Part shown: positions 23,001 to 30,013 of the stretch, one piece after another
Position numbering within the stretch: position 1 is the stretch's first letter
Layout of the letters: the number at the start of each line of letters is the position of its first letter
Source: Calditrichales bacterium
GTDB taxonomy: Bacteria; Calditrichota; Calditrichia; Calditrichales; J004
NCBI GenBank assembly: GCA_965267575.1
Contig: OZ254086.1
Coordinates: 4,160,001 to 4,224,000, forward strand
Length of the DNA: 64,000 bases
Direction: 5' to 3'
Translations under genes and position numbers: made by a program
The notes under the pieces: model-generated
Database searches by the model: none
Seen by the model: the letters and a program-made list of their open reading frames with translations, nothing else
What the model was told of the DNA's origin: nothing

Positions 23001-24597
23001 AGTGGACGAAGCGCTTAACCTGCTGCCGGCGGGCGTGGCCGGCGAACTGTGCATTGCCGGCGAGAGCCTGGCCCGCGGCTACCACAAGCGGCCCGCGCTG
23101 ACTGCGGAAAAATTTGTACCCAATCCCTTCAGCAATAAAGCCGGGGCGCGCATGTACTGCACCGGAGACCGCGCCCGCTACCTGGCCGATGGCAATATCG
23201 AATTTCTGGGACGTGTCGACCGGCAGCTCAAAGTACGCGGCTTCCGCATCGAGCCGGGTGAAATAGAAAGCCGCCTGCGCCAGATGGCTGGCATAAGGGA
23301 GGCTGTCGTAAATACCATCAAGACCGGCGGTGAAGCGCTTCTTGCCGCCTGGGTAACGACGGACGGAGCGGCAAAAGACGAAGCAGAGATCAAAAAAATC
23401 CTCGCGCAAGAACTGCCGGACTACATGGTACCGGTGGCCATAACCAAGCTTGAAGAGATTCCACTGACCGCCAATGGCAAAGTGGACCTTAGCGCGTTGC
23501 CGCAACCAAAACAAACTCAGGCTGAAGAAAAAGGAAGAATAGCCCCACGGACACCGCTGGAAGGACGCCTGCTGGATATCTGGAAAAAGGCCCTCGGCGT
23601 GAAGGAGGCCGGTGTGCGTGATAATTTCTTCGAGATGGGAGGCCACTCGCTGATGGCCATGAAACTGATGAACGAAGTGGAAAAAAGCTTCGACAAGGAT
23701 ATCACGCTGGTCAGCTTCTTCAAAGAGCCGACGGTTGAGGGCCTGGCCAGGGCTATCGAACGCGACATGCCGGATGGCAGCGGCGTCATGCTGATACCGC
23801 TGGCAAAGGGCGACAAAGACAAGGCAGCGGTATTCTTTGTTCACCCGTCCGGCGGCGCCGTGCACCACTACAAAGAACTGGCCGGGCTAATAGAGACCGA
23901 CCAACCGGTTTATGGCATCCAGGCGCAGGGTCTGGACGGCAAGATGCCATTGCATACATCGATTGAAGAGATGGCTTCAGCATATATCAGCGCCATCCGA
24001 CGTATTCAGCCTGAAGGGCCTTACTTTATCGGGAGCTGGTCTTTTGGCGTGATCATATCTTACGAGATGGCGCGACAACTGGAATCGATGGGAGAGAAAA
24101 CCGCAGCACTGATCCAGCTTGACCAGGGACCTTTTATTTACCACAAGCGGCCGGAAGATACGGCGGCTATGCTGGCCGATATGTTTAAGCGCTACTTCAA
24201 AGTTGATGTGGAACAATTACGCGCGCTGGAAGAAGAAGAACAATTTAGAACCGTTCTGAAAAGAGCGCGCCGCGCCAAGGTGATACCGCGCTTTGTGCGC
24301 CTTAACGATTTCCGGCGCTATATAACCGTCAACGAAACACAGCTGACCGCCTGGAAAGATTATCAGCACAAACCTTACAACGGAGACCTGCTGCTGTTTC
24401 GGTCGGGAGAAAACGCTAATCACCGCGACGGCGACGATCTTGGCTGGGGCCGCATTATGAATGGTGATATAAAGATTATAGACGTTCCGGGAGACCATAT
24501 CAGCATGATCCGGGAGCCGCAGGTTAAAGACCTTGCTTCCGAAATAAGCGCTATTCTGGAACGAATTCTTAAAGCAGAAAGCAGCGATCAAAGTTGA
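11041..24597 (+). CDS. Terminal four-module NRPS: C-A(Orn)-PCP-C-A(Asn)-PCP-C-A(Tyr)-PCP-C-A(Tyr)-PCP-TE
   Basis: Four C domains (HHIISDGW x3, HHIISDDW x1), four A domains, four GGHSL PCPs. C-terminal thioesterase with FFVHPSGG, GSWSFG, VPGDHISM. Confidence 0.97.
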   Translation: MPNNTIETAEQEVFIFPTSFAQRRLWFLDQFEPGSPFYNIPTAVRIKGNLDVDALADTIDEIVFRQESLRTTFDSENGEPVQVIHPEMTCPLKVVDLSHLADKERDKEALRLANNEARTPFDLKTGPLFRSTLLVLSSNKYMMLVTMHHIISDGWSVGVFMREVAAIYDAFSRDQDSPLPELEIQYADFTNWQREWLKDDVLEKQLDYWKQKLGMNVPVLELPTDKPRPAVQSSRGATLMLHIPEEIKQAQLQLSRKEGITPFMSYLTAFYMLLQRWSSQEDICVGTPIANRTQRETEAIIGFFVNTLVLRNDLSGDPSFRELGQRVRKMTLDAYAHQDLPFEMLVETVQPERSMSHSPLFQVMFILQNATGGGAAQQDGNGQSDIIMEQVQVDAGTSTFDLTISLSEQNDGISASLEFCTDLFEKETMERFLRQYREMLRQTAANPDTALSAIDFLDEDEKNKILVEWNNTDAQYDHHICMHTLVEAHADREPNSIAVAYRGTYLSYAELNSRANKLARYLRDKGVGVEIPVGIVLEKSPDLMVAVLAVLKSGGGYVPMDPDYPQDRLAHMISDSATPLLITREELLPRLPENNAEIICLDKEDDAISSYDGSNPKPLSGPHNMAYMIYTSGTTGQAKGTIISHKSWVNSYFAWENAYELKTRCRSHLQMANFSFDVFAGDTIRALGSGGKMTLIPRDILLNAGQLYEQILKEKVTIAEFVPAVLRNLVAHLDEIGKDLSFMRCLIAGSDAWYVGEYQQFLDYCGPETRLINSFGLTEASIDTTYFEAAGLNLPKDRLVPIGRVFSKMSVYIVDANLRPQPIGVPGEICVGGEGLARGYHKRPSLTAEKFVPNPFAAQNGERMYRTGDRGRFLNDGNIEFLGRMDHQVKLRGFRIELGEIESSLGRHKQVEQCAVIVREDTPGDKRLVAYFVPEDPQQQPDRMELRRFLLEKLPDYMVPNAFVTIQKVPLTPNGKVDRKALPRPDASAFGSEAEYVAPRSEDEKKLAGIYAEVLKLEKVGVTSNFFDLGGHSLLATQLVSRIRDAFDMDIPLRNIFEFPTIAALAERLEIARRGQTGVQAPPIMAVSRQQQLPLSFSQQRLWFLEQLAPGTANYNIPEAARIRGTLDPAILQRCLDAIIDRHENLRTNFENDNGQPRLVIHDERQLPIEFFDLRDIAKAAREEKAMEIARSFARTVLNLAEGPLMRAGLVQLADREFFFLLTSHHIISDDWSTQVFIRELAVLYDAYSNDEKPALPPLPVQYADFAHWQQNWLSGEILDAQLNYWKETLSETPAVLELPTDKPRPRVQSINGDYKTFYLTAEQSERVSRFTRDHGATMFMTLMAVFEALLYRYSAQERFNVGTPIANRNRAEVEPLIGFFVNTLVMNADLRGEPTFLELLQRVRETALGAYAHQDLPFEKIVDALHLERDLSRSPLFQVMFVLQSAAPTESNAGDRESELEISPIESHMGTSKFDLTLFMVDDGKQLSGALEYNTDLFGEQTISRLLQYFERLLMAVVSQPHRRIESIPLTTPAETDALLQTLNHTWQAQPLPFGHVLDMLAQNAQTYAEKTALVFGDEEISYDELNRRSNRLAHYLLANGAGPDMLIGLCFERHPQMVLALLAVLKAGAAYVPLDPAYPQERLAYMIGDSGMKLLLAHDATVGKLPQTQNVALLNVDDLNETVQKQPDGNPAVAIDAQHLAYMIYTSGSTGRPKGTMISHGGLIHYLSWTKQAYPLDEGRGSLLHSTIAFDATVTALYTPLLTGKSITLAAADDDLQALGNTLVRHGDFNVVKITPAHLDLLSHQLEPAQAAGLTRAFVIGGENLDAAQIAFWRKHAPRTHLFNEYGPTETVVGCVVFDARAWDGAGSVPIGRAIPGSPVYVLDAQMQPLPPGVPGELYIGGNGVARGYHGRAALTADRFVPDPFSGQPGARMYKTGDLVRWLNSEQLIFLGRIDEQVKIRGYRIELGEIEAALAELKGVRDSVVMVREDVPGDKRLVGYVVADDGEKLNTGKLRDALKKSLPEYMVPAAIVAIDAIPLTANGKVDRRALPKPELDRDALQAEFVAPQSDDEKRMAAIWQELLGHEKIGLNDNFFEMGGHSLLATQLMARIRDRFDAELPLQELFEAPTISQLLPRLEIAGQQEQIKRPPLQPVDHGGDIPLSFSQQRLWFLDQLNPGSPNYNIPSAFRVEGALDLEILQRVVNEIIDRHEVLRSRFESVAGKPRVIVAKKIDYNIPVQDLSTLSNAGQEERVRNLAGRDAVTPFELDKAPLFRARVFKLGAREYVILLNMHHIISDGWSTSVMLREIAVLYDAFLNGRPSPLDPLPVQYSDYAAWQRSWLKDDVLRKQLDFWKEKLGQDPPPLDMPTDFPRPPVQTFNGAVVSAELDKELFAKVNEISGRHKATPFMALLAAWQVLLHKYSGQDDIYVGSPIANRTHSETEALIGFFVNTLVLRASLDGAMTFDEIVQQVRAFTLGAYAHQDVPFEQLVDELTTERSMSRSPLFQVMFVLQNQDNRNGVELPSLQIKPLGADAQTAKFDLTLMIIDSGDGFYAELEYNTDLHREETAQRLLKHYRQLLANLLENAAVPLGQIVLTDDEETKQVTRGWNETDRKYPSNKCAHTWFEQVAEKYSSKEALIFEEQSLTFAELNTAANRLAHFLLQKGVTPESYIGISLQRSPRMVIALLAVLKAGAVYVPIDPAYPQERISYILDDAGMALLLTDGSIEAPAAAETINLRELDTSDLPQGNPSVNVSPENLAYMIYTSGSTGRPKGTMVRHRGLCNLSAFQIRDFELDDTCRCLQFASFSFDASVSEIFTTLLSGATLILGSKDQLMPGPGLVRLLKERAVTTVTLPPSVSSVLRDEEFPDLRVLVSAGEALPPELANHWRKGRRLLNAYGPTENTVCASSFVVENKIQDSAVPIGRPIANVQLYVVDAFLNPLPAGVPGELCIAGDSLARGYHNKPDLTAEKFVPNPFSEKPGARMYRSGDRARWLADGTLEFLGRIDEQVKLRGFRIEPGEIEHVLREDETVQDALVMVREDRPGNPLLCAYVISQAETSAEFLEGLCRRHLTDYMVPQAFIFIDAFPLTPNGKIDRRALPAPQRDRARSSAEFVAPRNEAEEKLAAIWRDVLGVEKIGIYDSFFELGGHSLLATQVISRIRSELDAVLELRQLFEQPTIAALMPQIELAAAQTRHNEPIPKADRDKPLALSYAQQRLFFLDHLTPDNPTYNMPSALRLKGRLDQGAFREALNRLVKRHESLRTTFTMEDGEPRQVIQQNTQADLDEVDLTHLAKEEREQEARELAQDDALQPFNLEKGPLFRARLIRLHEDDHLLLFNMHHIISDGWSVTVLIREFSMLYDAISQGADVQLGPLEVQYADFAQWQRGWLSGEELQRQTQYWKKEIGINPEPLELPLDHPRPAVQTTNGASLEMHIDAGIANRLKEISRENGATLYMTLLAAFQSLLHKYSAQDNILVGSPIANRTRKETEKIIGFFVNTLVLKARFDDDPDFQGLLGQVRQTTLNAYAHQDLPFEQLVETLQPERDMSHSPIFQTMFVWQNTPGISNATGFGDLTIEPVEAESKTAKYDLSLIMMEEGEGLLAEFEYNSDLFEPATIRRMQRHFNALLGWICENRERPLSRFELAGEEDKKQIAAWNETAVALPRVESVIGLFEQRVTQTPKATAIVFEKEKLTFFELNRKANALAWSLKDRGVQAETLVGISLKRSPQMVIGLLAVMKAGGVYVPIDPDYPAERKRYIMEDAGISLLLGDGTIDPKDVADTVHILNVSDNSAGGRTENPPAGQKAENLAYMIYTSGSTGRPKGTMVTHKGLINLTLEQIKDFRLDEKSRCLQFASFSFDASVSEIFTTLVSGATLYLLPREVILSGSGLVKSLKQERITTITLPPSLLAVLKDEELPHLTSLVSAGEALPADLARQWCKGRHMLNAYGPTENTVCASRFFIGDRFDGRRVPVGRPIGNVQLYVVDEALNLLPAGVAGELCIAGESLARGYHKRPALTAEKFVPNPFSNKAGARMYCTGDRARYLADGNIEFLGRVDRQLKVRGFRIEPGEIESRLRQMAGIREAVVNTIKTGGEALLAAWVTTDGAAKDEAEIKKILAQELPDYMVPVAITKLEEIPLTANGKVDLSALPQPKQTQAEEKGRIAPRTPLEGRLLDIWKKALGVKEAGVRDNFFEMGGHSLMAMKLMNEVEKSFDKDITLVSFFKEPTVEGLARAIERDMPDGSGVMLIPLAKGDKDKAAVFFVHPSGGAVHHYKELAGLIETDQPVYGIQAQGLDGKMPLHTSIEEMASAYISAIRRIQPEGPYFIGSWSFGVIISYEMARQLESMGEKTAALIQLDQGPFIYHKRPEDTAAMLADMFKRYFKVDVEQLRALEEEEQFRTVLKRARRAKVIPRFVRLNDFRRYITVNETQLTAWKDYQHKPYNGDLLLFRSGENANHRDGDDLGWGRIMNGDIKIIDVPGDHISMIREPQVKDLASEISAILERILKAESSDQS
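15667..16961 (+). repeat. Copy 2 of the 1295-bp near-identical A-core repeat
   Basis: Matches 585-1879, from acccttaaccacacc to gaaattgaggc. Confidence 0.95.
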
Positions 24598-24645
24598 ACG
24601 CGAAAGCAGGCTGGGCTAAATTGATTGCTTTAAACGGGATTAGAG

Positions 24646-26076
24646 ATGTCTAAAAATAAGTCGCCAATGCAGGGTGAAACTCGCCGCCCTGAAATTCAGG
24701 AGAACAACATTGAAAAATTTTTCAATCGTGATTATCTCCTGCTGTATCAAGGGCAGTTTGTAAGTCGCCTGGGTAACGTTGTTTATTCAATCGCGATCGC
24801 CATATGGATTAAGGAAATCACCGGATCCGGTACGATCATGGGACTCTTCTATGCTTCCACCGGAATACCGCTTGTTTTAATGAGCGCGTTCGGTGGGGCC
24901 GTGGCGGACCGTTTTTCACGCAAAAAAATAATTGTTGGCGCCGATACCATTATTGGCGTGGCGATGTTATTGCTCGCCGGATTGCTTTATTATAAAGCGG
25001 GCAGCCCTTCTCTGCTTGTGGGCGCCGTCTTTGGTGTCGGCATAATGGCTTCCGCTATCAGGGCCTTTTTCGGACCGGCCATTTCTGCCGCCATTCCGGA
25101 CATCGTCCCAACGCGAAATATCAGCACGGCTAATTCGATGTCCAATCTTTCGGACAAGGTATCGCAGCTTGTTGGTAATTTCTTCGGTCCGGTTCTGTTT
25201 AATATCATCGGTTTGCCCTTAACCGTTTTGGTCAACGCCATAACCTATCTGTTTTCGGCTTTTTCGGAATCATTTATCAAAATACCGCAGCGCATACCTG
25301 AGAAGGCCAAGGGTTATAAGGAATACGCCGTTGCCTTCAAAGCCGATATTAAGGAAGGCTTAAATTATATCCGCACCAACCCCGGTCTCTATAAATTACT
25401 GATGCTTTCAATCATTACCGGCTTTTTTGTTGCGCCGATTACTCCGCTCATCATCTTTTATGTTACTGAATTTCTCAAACTGGAAAACCAATGGTTCGGC
25501 TATTTTCTGGTTGCCTTTGGAGTAGGAGCTTTGGTTGGTGCATTTATTGTTGGCATTTTCAGCATTGACGGTAAAACACGAATGCGTTTTGTAATCCTGT
25601 TTCTGATCCTTGAGGGTACAGGCTATGTGCTATTGCCGCAGGTAACTAATACGATGCAGGGACTGGGGCTGTTTTTTATTGGCGGCGTAATGAACGGGTT
25701 CACAACAGTATCCATTTTCACAATAATGCAGGTCACCACGCCGTCGGAAATAAGGGGTCGTGTTTTTGGCACATTAACGACTTTGGCCGGGGCCATTGTA
25801 CCGCTTGGCAGTGCTCTTGGCGGTGTACTGTACGATATATTCGATAAAAACATAATGCCCATCTACACGATTTCGGGATCAGTAATGATAAGCGTTGTTA
25901 TAATATTCTCTTTCAGCTACAATTTCCGGCAGTTCATGTCCTATCAGGTGCGGCCGCAAAAAGCGGTAAAGACAGGTTTTACCTATAAAATGGAAGTAAA
26001 ACACAAAGACGAAATTCTCTCCCAACGGGAGCGTCATTTGGAAGAACAACTCAAAAAAACAAGGAGCGACATATGA
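24646..26076 (+). CDS. MFS transporter (DHA3/macrolide-efflux-like), probable peptide exporter
   Basis: About 12 hydrophobic segments. MFS motif [34 protein letters not shown]. Confidence 0.9.
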   Translation: MSKNKSPMQGETRRPEIQENNIEKFFNRDYLLLYQGQFVSRLGNVVYSIAIAIWIKEITGSGTIMGLFYASTGIPLVLMSAFGGAVADRFSRKKIIVGADTIIGVAMLLLAGLLYYKAGSPSLLVGAVFGVGIMASAIRAFFGPAISAAIPDIVPTRNISTANSMSNLSDKVSQLVGNFFGPVLFNIIGLPLTVLVNAITYLFSAFSESFIKIPQRIPEKAKGYKEYAVAFKADIKEGLNYIRTNPGLYKLLMLSIITGFFVAPITPLIIFYVTEFLKLENQWFGYFLVAFGVGALVGAFIVGIFSIDGKTRMRFVILFLILEGTGYVLLPQVTNTMQGLGLFFIGGVMNGFTTVSIFTIMQVTTPSEIRGRVFGTLTTLAGAIVPLGSALGGVLYDIFDKNIMPIYTISGSVMISVVIIFSFSYNFRQFMSYQVRPQKAVKTGFTYKMEVKHKDEILSQRERHLEEQLKKTRSDI

Positions 26077-26300
26077 GCGAAGAACGCGAAGATAAGACGA
26101 TTTACAAAGTGGTGCTCAATCATGAAGAGCAATACAGCATCTGGCCGGCTGACCGGGAAAATGCCCTGGGCTGGCGTGATGAAGGAAAAACGGGCACCAA
26201 GCAGGAGTGCCTGGACTATATCGATAAGGTATGGACGGATATGCGCCCGCTGAGCCTGCGCAAAAAAATGGAAGAAATGGAAAAAGAAAAGAAAAAATAG
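26073..26300 (+). CDS. mbtH: MbtH-like protein
   Basis: [12 protein letters not shown]...GW...[17 protein letters not shown] signature. Confidence 0.97.
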   Translation: MSEEREDKTIYKVVLNHEEQYSIWPADRENALGWRDEGKTGTKQECLDYIDKVWTDMRPLSLRKKMEEMEKEKKK

Positions 26301-26312
26301 AACAGGATTCTT

Positions 26313-27413
26313 TTGGACATCTTAATCGGCTTTAAAACATCATCGTTAATGCGCCTTTATGCGAGGCATATCAAAGAGATACCGGCCGGGGCGCTCCCCC
26401 GTGCTTTTTTGCTTGCCACTATTGCACTCTTCCGGAATTCGGCAAACGCACGTAAGGAGAGAAAGCTATATGCTCAAAAAATAAAACAAACCGTGCCGGA
26501 TGAAAATATGGTATTTGTACTGGGGCACTGGCGCAGCGGCACATCGCACCTGCACCATCTGCTGACACTGGATGATCGCTTCACCTATCCCACGGTGTTC
26601 GATATTTACAGCCCTCATAGCTTTCTATATACTGAGCCTTTGTTGAGAAAAAAAATGGAAAAGGCGGAAAGTGAAAAACGCCCCATGGATAATATGCGCG
26701 TTAACTATGATGATCCCGGTGAGGATGAGTTTGCTTTGGCCGCTTATTGCCTACATTCGCCCGTCCTGGGCTGGGTTTTTAACCGCCAGGCCGACTATTA
26801 CGATCGCTTTTTGACATTTGAAAACGCGACCGAAAAAGAGCTGGAAGACTGGAAAAAGGCATTTTTTTATCTGGCCCAAAAGCTGACCGTGCGTGATGCG
26901 CGACCAATTAATTTTAAGTCGCCGCAGCATACGGCGCGGGTCGGCATTCTGGCAGAGATGTTTCCCAGGGCGCGTTTTGTGCACATCCACCGCCACCCGT
27001 TTGATGTATTCAACTCAACAGTCAAGCTTTATGAAAAAACGGTGGCTAAAATGAGCCTCGCTCCGACAGACGGAAAAGTCGTGCGCAGTCAGATTGTCGA
27101 TCGCTACAAAACGATGTACGAAGCTTATTTCCGTGACGTACAAAAGTTACCTCCGGGTCGCATCGTGGATGTTTCGTATGAAGATCTGGATGAGAATCCG
27201 CACAATGTCGTTGAGCACATATTTGACCAGCTTAAACTGGACGATTTTGAAGAATACGCTCCAAAGCTGGATGCTCATCTGGCGGAGATCGGTCAATACA
27301 AAAAAAATACCTACACGCCGGTACAACAACCCTGGCGCGACATAATCTTAAAGGAATGGTCTTTCGCTTTTAAAAAATGGAATTATAAGACACATGCCGA
27401 ACGCTCAGAATAG
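26313..27413 (+). CDS. PAPS-dependent sulfotransferase (Sulfotransfer_3 / Stf3-like)
   Basis: 5'-PSB loop FVLGHWRSGTSHL, KSPQHTAR, 3'-PB FVHIHRHPFDVFNS, YEDL. The TTG start is supported by its alignment with the paralog's start (MDILIGFKTS vs MDSLIGIKSS). Confidence 0.88.
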   Translation: MDILIGFKTSSLMRLYARHIKEIPAGALPRAFLLATIALFRNSANARKERKLYAQKIKQTVPDENMVFVLGHWRSGTSHLHHLLTLDDRFTYPTVFDIYSPHSFLYTEPLLRKKMEKAESEKRPMDNMRVNYDDPGEDEFALAAYCLHSPVLGWVFNRQADYYDRFLTFENATEKELEDWKKAFFYLAQKLTVRDARPINFKSPQHTARVGILAEMFPRARFVHIHRHPFDVFNSTVKLYEKTVAKMSLAPTDGKVVRSQIVDRYKTMYEAYFRDVQKLPPGRIVDVSYEDLDENPHNVVEHIFDQLKLDDFEEYAPKLDAHLAEIGQYKKNTYTPVQQPWRDIILKEWSFAFKKWNYKTHAERSE

Positions 27414-28164
27414 TCCCAACAAGTGGATCGTTAAGCCGCAACCGCAATCATCAGCCGCGCTAAAACTGGTATGCCTGCCCTTTGCCGGCGGCAGCAGCGT
27501 GGCATACCGAAACTGGGCCCGCTACCTTCCGGCATCAATAGAACTTTGCCTGGTTGAAATTCCGGGCCGCGGGATGCGCCTGGAAGAACCGCTGGTGACG
27601 GATATTCAGCAACTGGTAGAGAGTATAGCGCAAGGTATTCTGCCGGAACTGGACCGGCCTTTTGCCCTGTTTGGCCACAGCATGGGAGCAGCGGTTGGCT
27701 ATGAACTGACCCATTTCCTGAATGAGCAAAAAGAAATGCTTCCACAGCATCTGTTCTTTTCCGGCCGCGGCGCACCCCATTTGCCGGACCGCGATGAGCC
27801 GATTCACGCGCTGCCCAAAAACGAATTCATCAGCAAAATCCGCAGTTATAACGGCACACCGCGCGAGGTGCTGGAACATGCCGAGCTGATGGATCTGATG
27901 GAACCAATCCTGCGTGCCGATTTTCAGGTGTGCGAAACATACAACTATGATCATCACGATCCGCTGCCTGTACCCTTAACCGCTCTTGGCGGGCTGGAAG
28001 ACAGCAGCGCGCCCAAAGCCGATCTCGAAGCCTGGCAAAGCCATAGCAGCGCGCGCTTTACGGTTCGCATGTTTCCGGGCGGTCACTTTTACCTTCAGAA
28101 TCAGGTGCCCGCACTTATTCAAACGATCGTGCGCGATATAGATTCTGTTTTTAGCCTGGAATAG
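27394..28164 (+). CDS. Type II (editing) thioesterase
   Basis: LVCLPFAGG, GHSMGA, LRADF, FPGGHFYL. Confidence 0.95.
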   Translation: MPNAQNSPNKWIVKPQPQSSAALKLVCLPFAGGSSVAYRNWARYLPASIELCLVEIPGRGMRLEEPLVTDIQQLVESIAQGILPELDRPFALFGHSMGAAVGYELTHFLNEQKEMLPQHLFFSGRGAPHLPDRDEPIHALPKNEFISKIRSYNGTPREVLEHAELMDLMEPILRADFQVCETYNYDHHDPLPVPLTALGGLEDSSAPKADLEAWQSHSSARFTVRMFPGGHFYLQNQVPALIQTIVRDIDSVFSLE

Positions 28165-28166
28165 AT

Positions 28167-28916
28167 ATGCGCTGGCAAAAGCCCCCCGCCGGGATAGCTC
28201 CTCTCGATGACCGTTTGCATTTATGGCGCTTTTCGTGGCCTACCCTTCTGCCCCGCATGGACCGTCTTTTTAGCATCCTGAATAAAAAGGAACAAGAAAA
28301 AGCCCATCGTTTCTATTTCGACAAAGATAAAAACGCTTTTACTGTCGGGCGCTCGGCAACAAGGCTGCTGCTGGCATATTACCTGAAACTTTTACCAGCA
28401 GATATAGAATTTGAAGAAAACAGGTTCGGCAAGCCGTTTTTAACAAACCGCTCGGTTCAGTTTAATGTCTCGCACTCCGGGGATATTATTTTACTGGGTT
28501 TTCACGCGCGATACGCATTAGGTGTTGATGTGGAAAAATTTCGCGAAGATGTGCGCTATAAGGATATCGCCTATCGTTTTTTTTCGCAAAATGAGACAGA
28601 GGCTCTGTTCAGTCTTCCGGAAGCATCATGGCAGGCGGCATTCTTCCGTTGCTGGTCGCTAAAGGAAGCGTATATCAAAGCTTGCGGCATGGGGCTCAGC
28701 ATGCCATTGGGCGATTTTGATGTTGAACTTACGAAAGACGAGGTCAGCGGCCTCGCGGGAATAAGAGGAAAAGCGGTTTCACACGATCAATATGTTTTAA
28801 AACCCTTGTCCATCGCCCCGCGCTACGCCGCTGCTGCCGCACTTAATTCCGGTACAATGGAATGTATTCAGTGGGATGGAAATTATCTTGAGGAAACAAA
28901 CGCATGGATAGCTTGA
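28167..28916 (+). CDS. Sfp-type 4'-phosphopantetheinyl transferase
   Basis: GKP, FNVSHSG, LGVDVE, WSLKEAYIKA. Confidence 0.95.
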   Translation: MRWQKPPAGIAPLDDRLHLWRFSWPTLLPRMDRLFSILNKKEQEKAHRFYFDKDKNAFTVGRSATRLLLAYYLKLLPADIEFEENRFGKPFLTNRSVQFNVSHSGDIILLGFHARYALGVDVEKFREDVRYKDIAYRFFSQNETEALFSLPEASWQAAFFRCWSLKEAYIKACGMGLSMPLGDFDVELTKDEVSGLAGIRGKAVSHDQYVLKPLSIAPRYAAAAALNSGTMECIQWDGNYLEETNAWIA

Positions 28917-29983
28917 TTGGTATTAAAAGCTCAGAATGGAGAGAGCTGTTACAAAAAAACAATTACGGGGTATCGCCATCGCATTATGTGCGCGCGGCTT
29001 TTATTTCCGCCCTTAGCATTCGCAACAGCTATATGGCGCGGACGGAGGAAGCAAAATTCGGAACTGAAATTGATAAAACGGTTATAGGAGAAGACCCTGT
29101 TTTTGTCATCGGGCACTGGCGCAGCGGCACTACCTTTTTAAACAACATCCTTGCCAATGATGAGCAATTCGCTTACCCGACGGTTTTTGAAAACAATCAT
29201 CCCCATATTTTTTTACGATACGGCGAAAAACTCAAAAGCGTGCTGGAAAACAGACATAAAAGAATAAGACCTACTGACAATGTAGTGGTTAAACCTACGA
29301 GCCCGGGTGAAGAAGAGTTTGCTCTGGCGGTCATTACGCTGATGTCTCCCATGTTGGGCTGGGTATTCCCCAAAAACGCGGCCTTTTATGAACGCTATAC
29401 CTCTTTTGCAGATGTTTCTGTTGAAGAGCGTGAAAAATGGAAGCAGGCCTATCTTTGGTACCTAAAGAAACAGAGCTTTGCCAAGAACAGGCAGCTGCTT
29501 TTAAAATCGCCGCTAAATACTGCCAGGATAGCTCTTTTGTTGGAGCTGTTTCCCAACGCACGGTTTATACATATTCACCGTAACCCATACAATGTATTCA
29601 AGTCCACCGTAAAGCTGTATCAAACGGCCATTAGCAAATCAGCCCTGCATTCAGCACGGAATGCCCATTCCCAGGAAGACATATTGGAGCGCTATAAACA
29701 TATTTACGATTGTTATTTTGAGCAAAGCAAGCTTATACCGCAAGGTCAGCTAAAGGAAGTTGGCTACGACGAACTGGTGTCAAACCCCATAGAGACTATC
29801 GAATGCATTTACAGCTCGCTCCAGCTAAAAAGCTTTGATCTTTTTCTGCCGCAGCTTGAAGACCATCTGAAGAAAATTGCCGGATATAAAAAGAATGTTC
29901 ATGATTCACTTCCCGCCGAACTGAAAAACAAGGTTTCACAAAAGTGGAAACGCAGCTTTGAACATTGGGGCTATCCGTTGTAA
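28904..29983 (+). CDS. PAPS-dependent sulfotransferase, paralog of 26313-27413
   Basis: FVIGHWRSGTTFL, RPTDNV, PGEEEFAL, KSPLNTAR, FIHIHRNPYNVFKS. Confidence 0.88.
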   Translation: MDSLIGIKSSEWRELLQKNNYGVSPSHYVRAAFISALSIRNSYMARTEEAKFGTEIDKTVIGEDPVFVIGHWRSGTTFLNNILANDEQFAYPTVFENNHPHIFLRYGEKLKSVLENRHKRIRPTDNVVVKPTSPGEEEFALAVITLMSPMLGWVFPKNAAFYERYTSFADVSVEEREKWKQAYLWYLKKQSFAKNRQLLLKSPLNTARIALLLELFPNARFIHIHRNPYNVFKSTVKLYQTAISKSALHSARNAHSQEDILERYKHIYDCYFEQSKLIPQGQLKEVGYDELVSNPIETIECIYSSLQLKSFDLFLPQLEDHLKKIAGYKKNVHDSLPAELKNKVSQKWKRSFEHWGYPL

Positions 29984-30013
29984 ATTATTATATATCACAA
30001 ATGAAAAGCTTCC

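Noticed and set aside
84..24591. Numerous 60-315 aa antisense and alternative-frame ORFs within the NRPS genes (e.g. 19576-20496, 22921-23868, 11446-12174)
   Set aside because: Shadow ORFs from GC-rich codon bias opposite long real genes; no recognisable motifs.
11041..29983. Cluster as a hydroxamate siderophore pathway because of the Orn module
   Set aside because: No ornithine N-hydroxylase, acyl/formyltransferase, TonB-dependent receptor or clear Fur box in the window (upstream part not visible).
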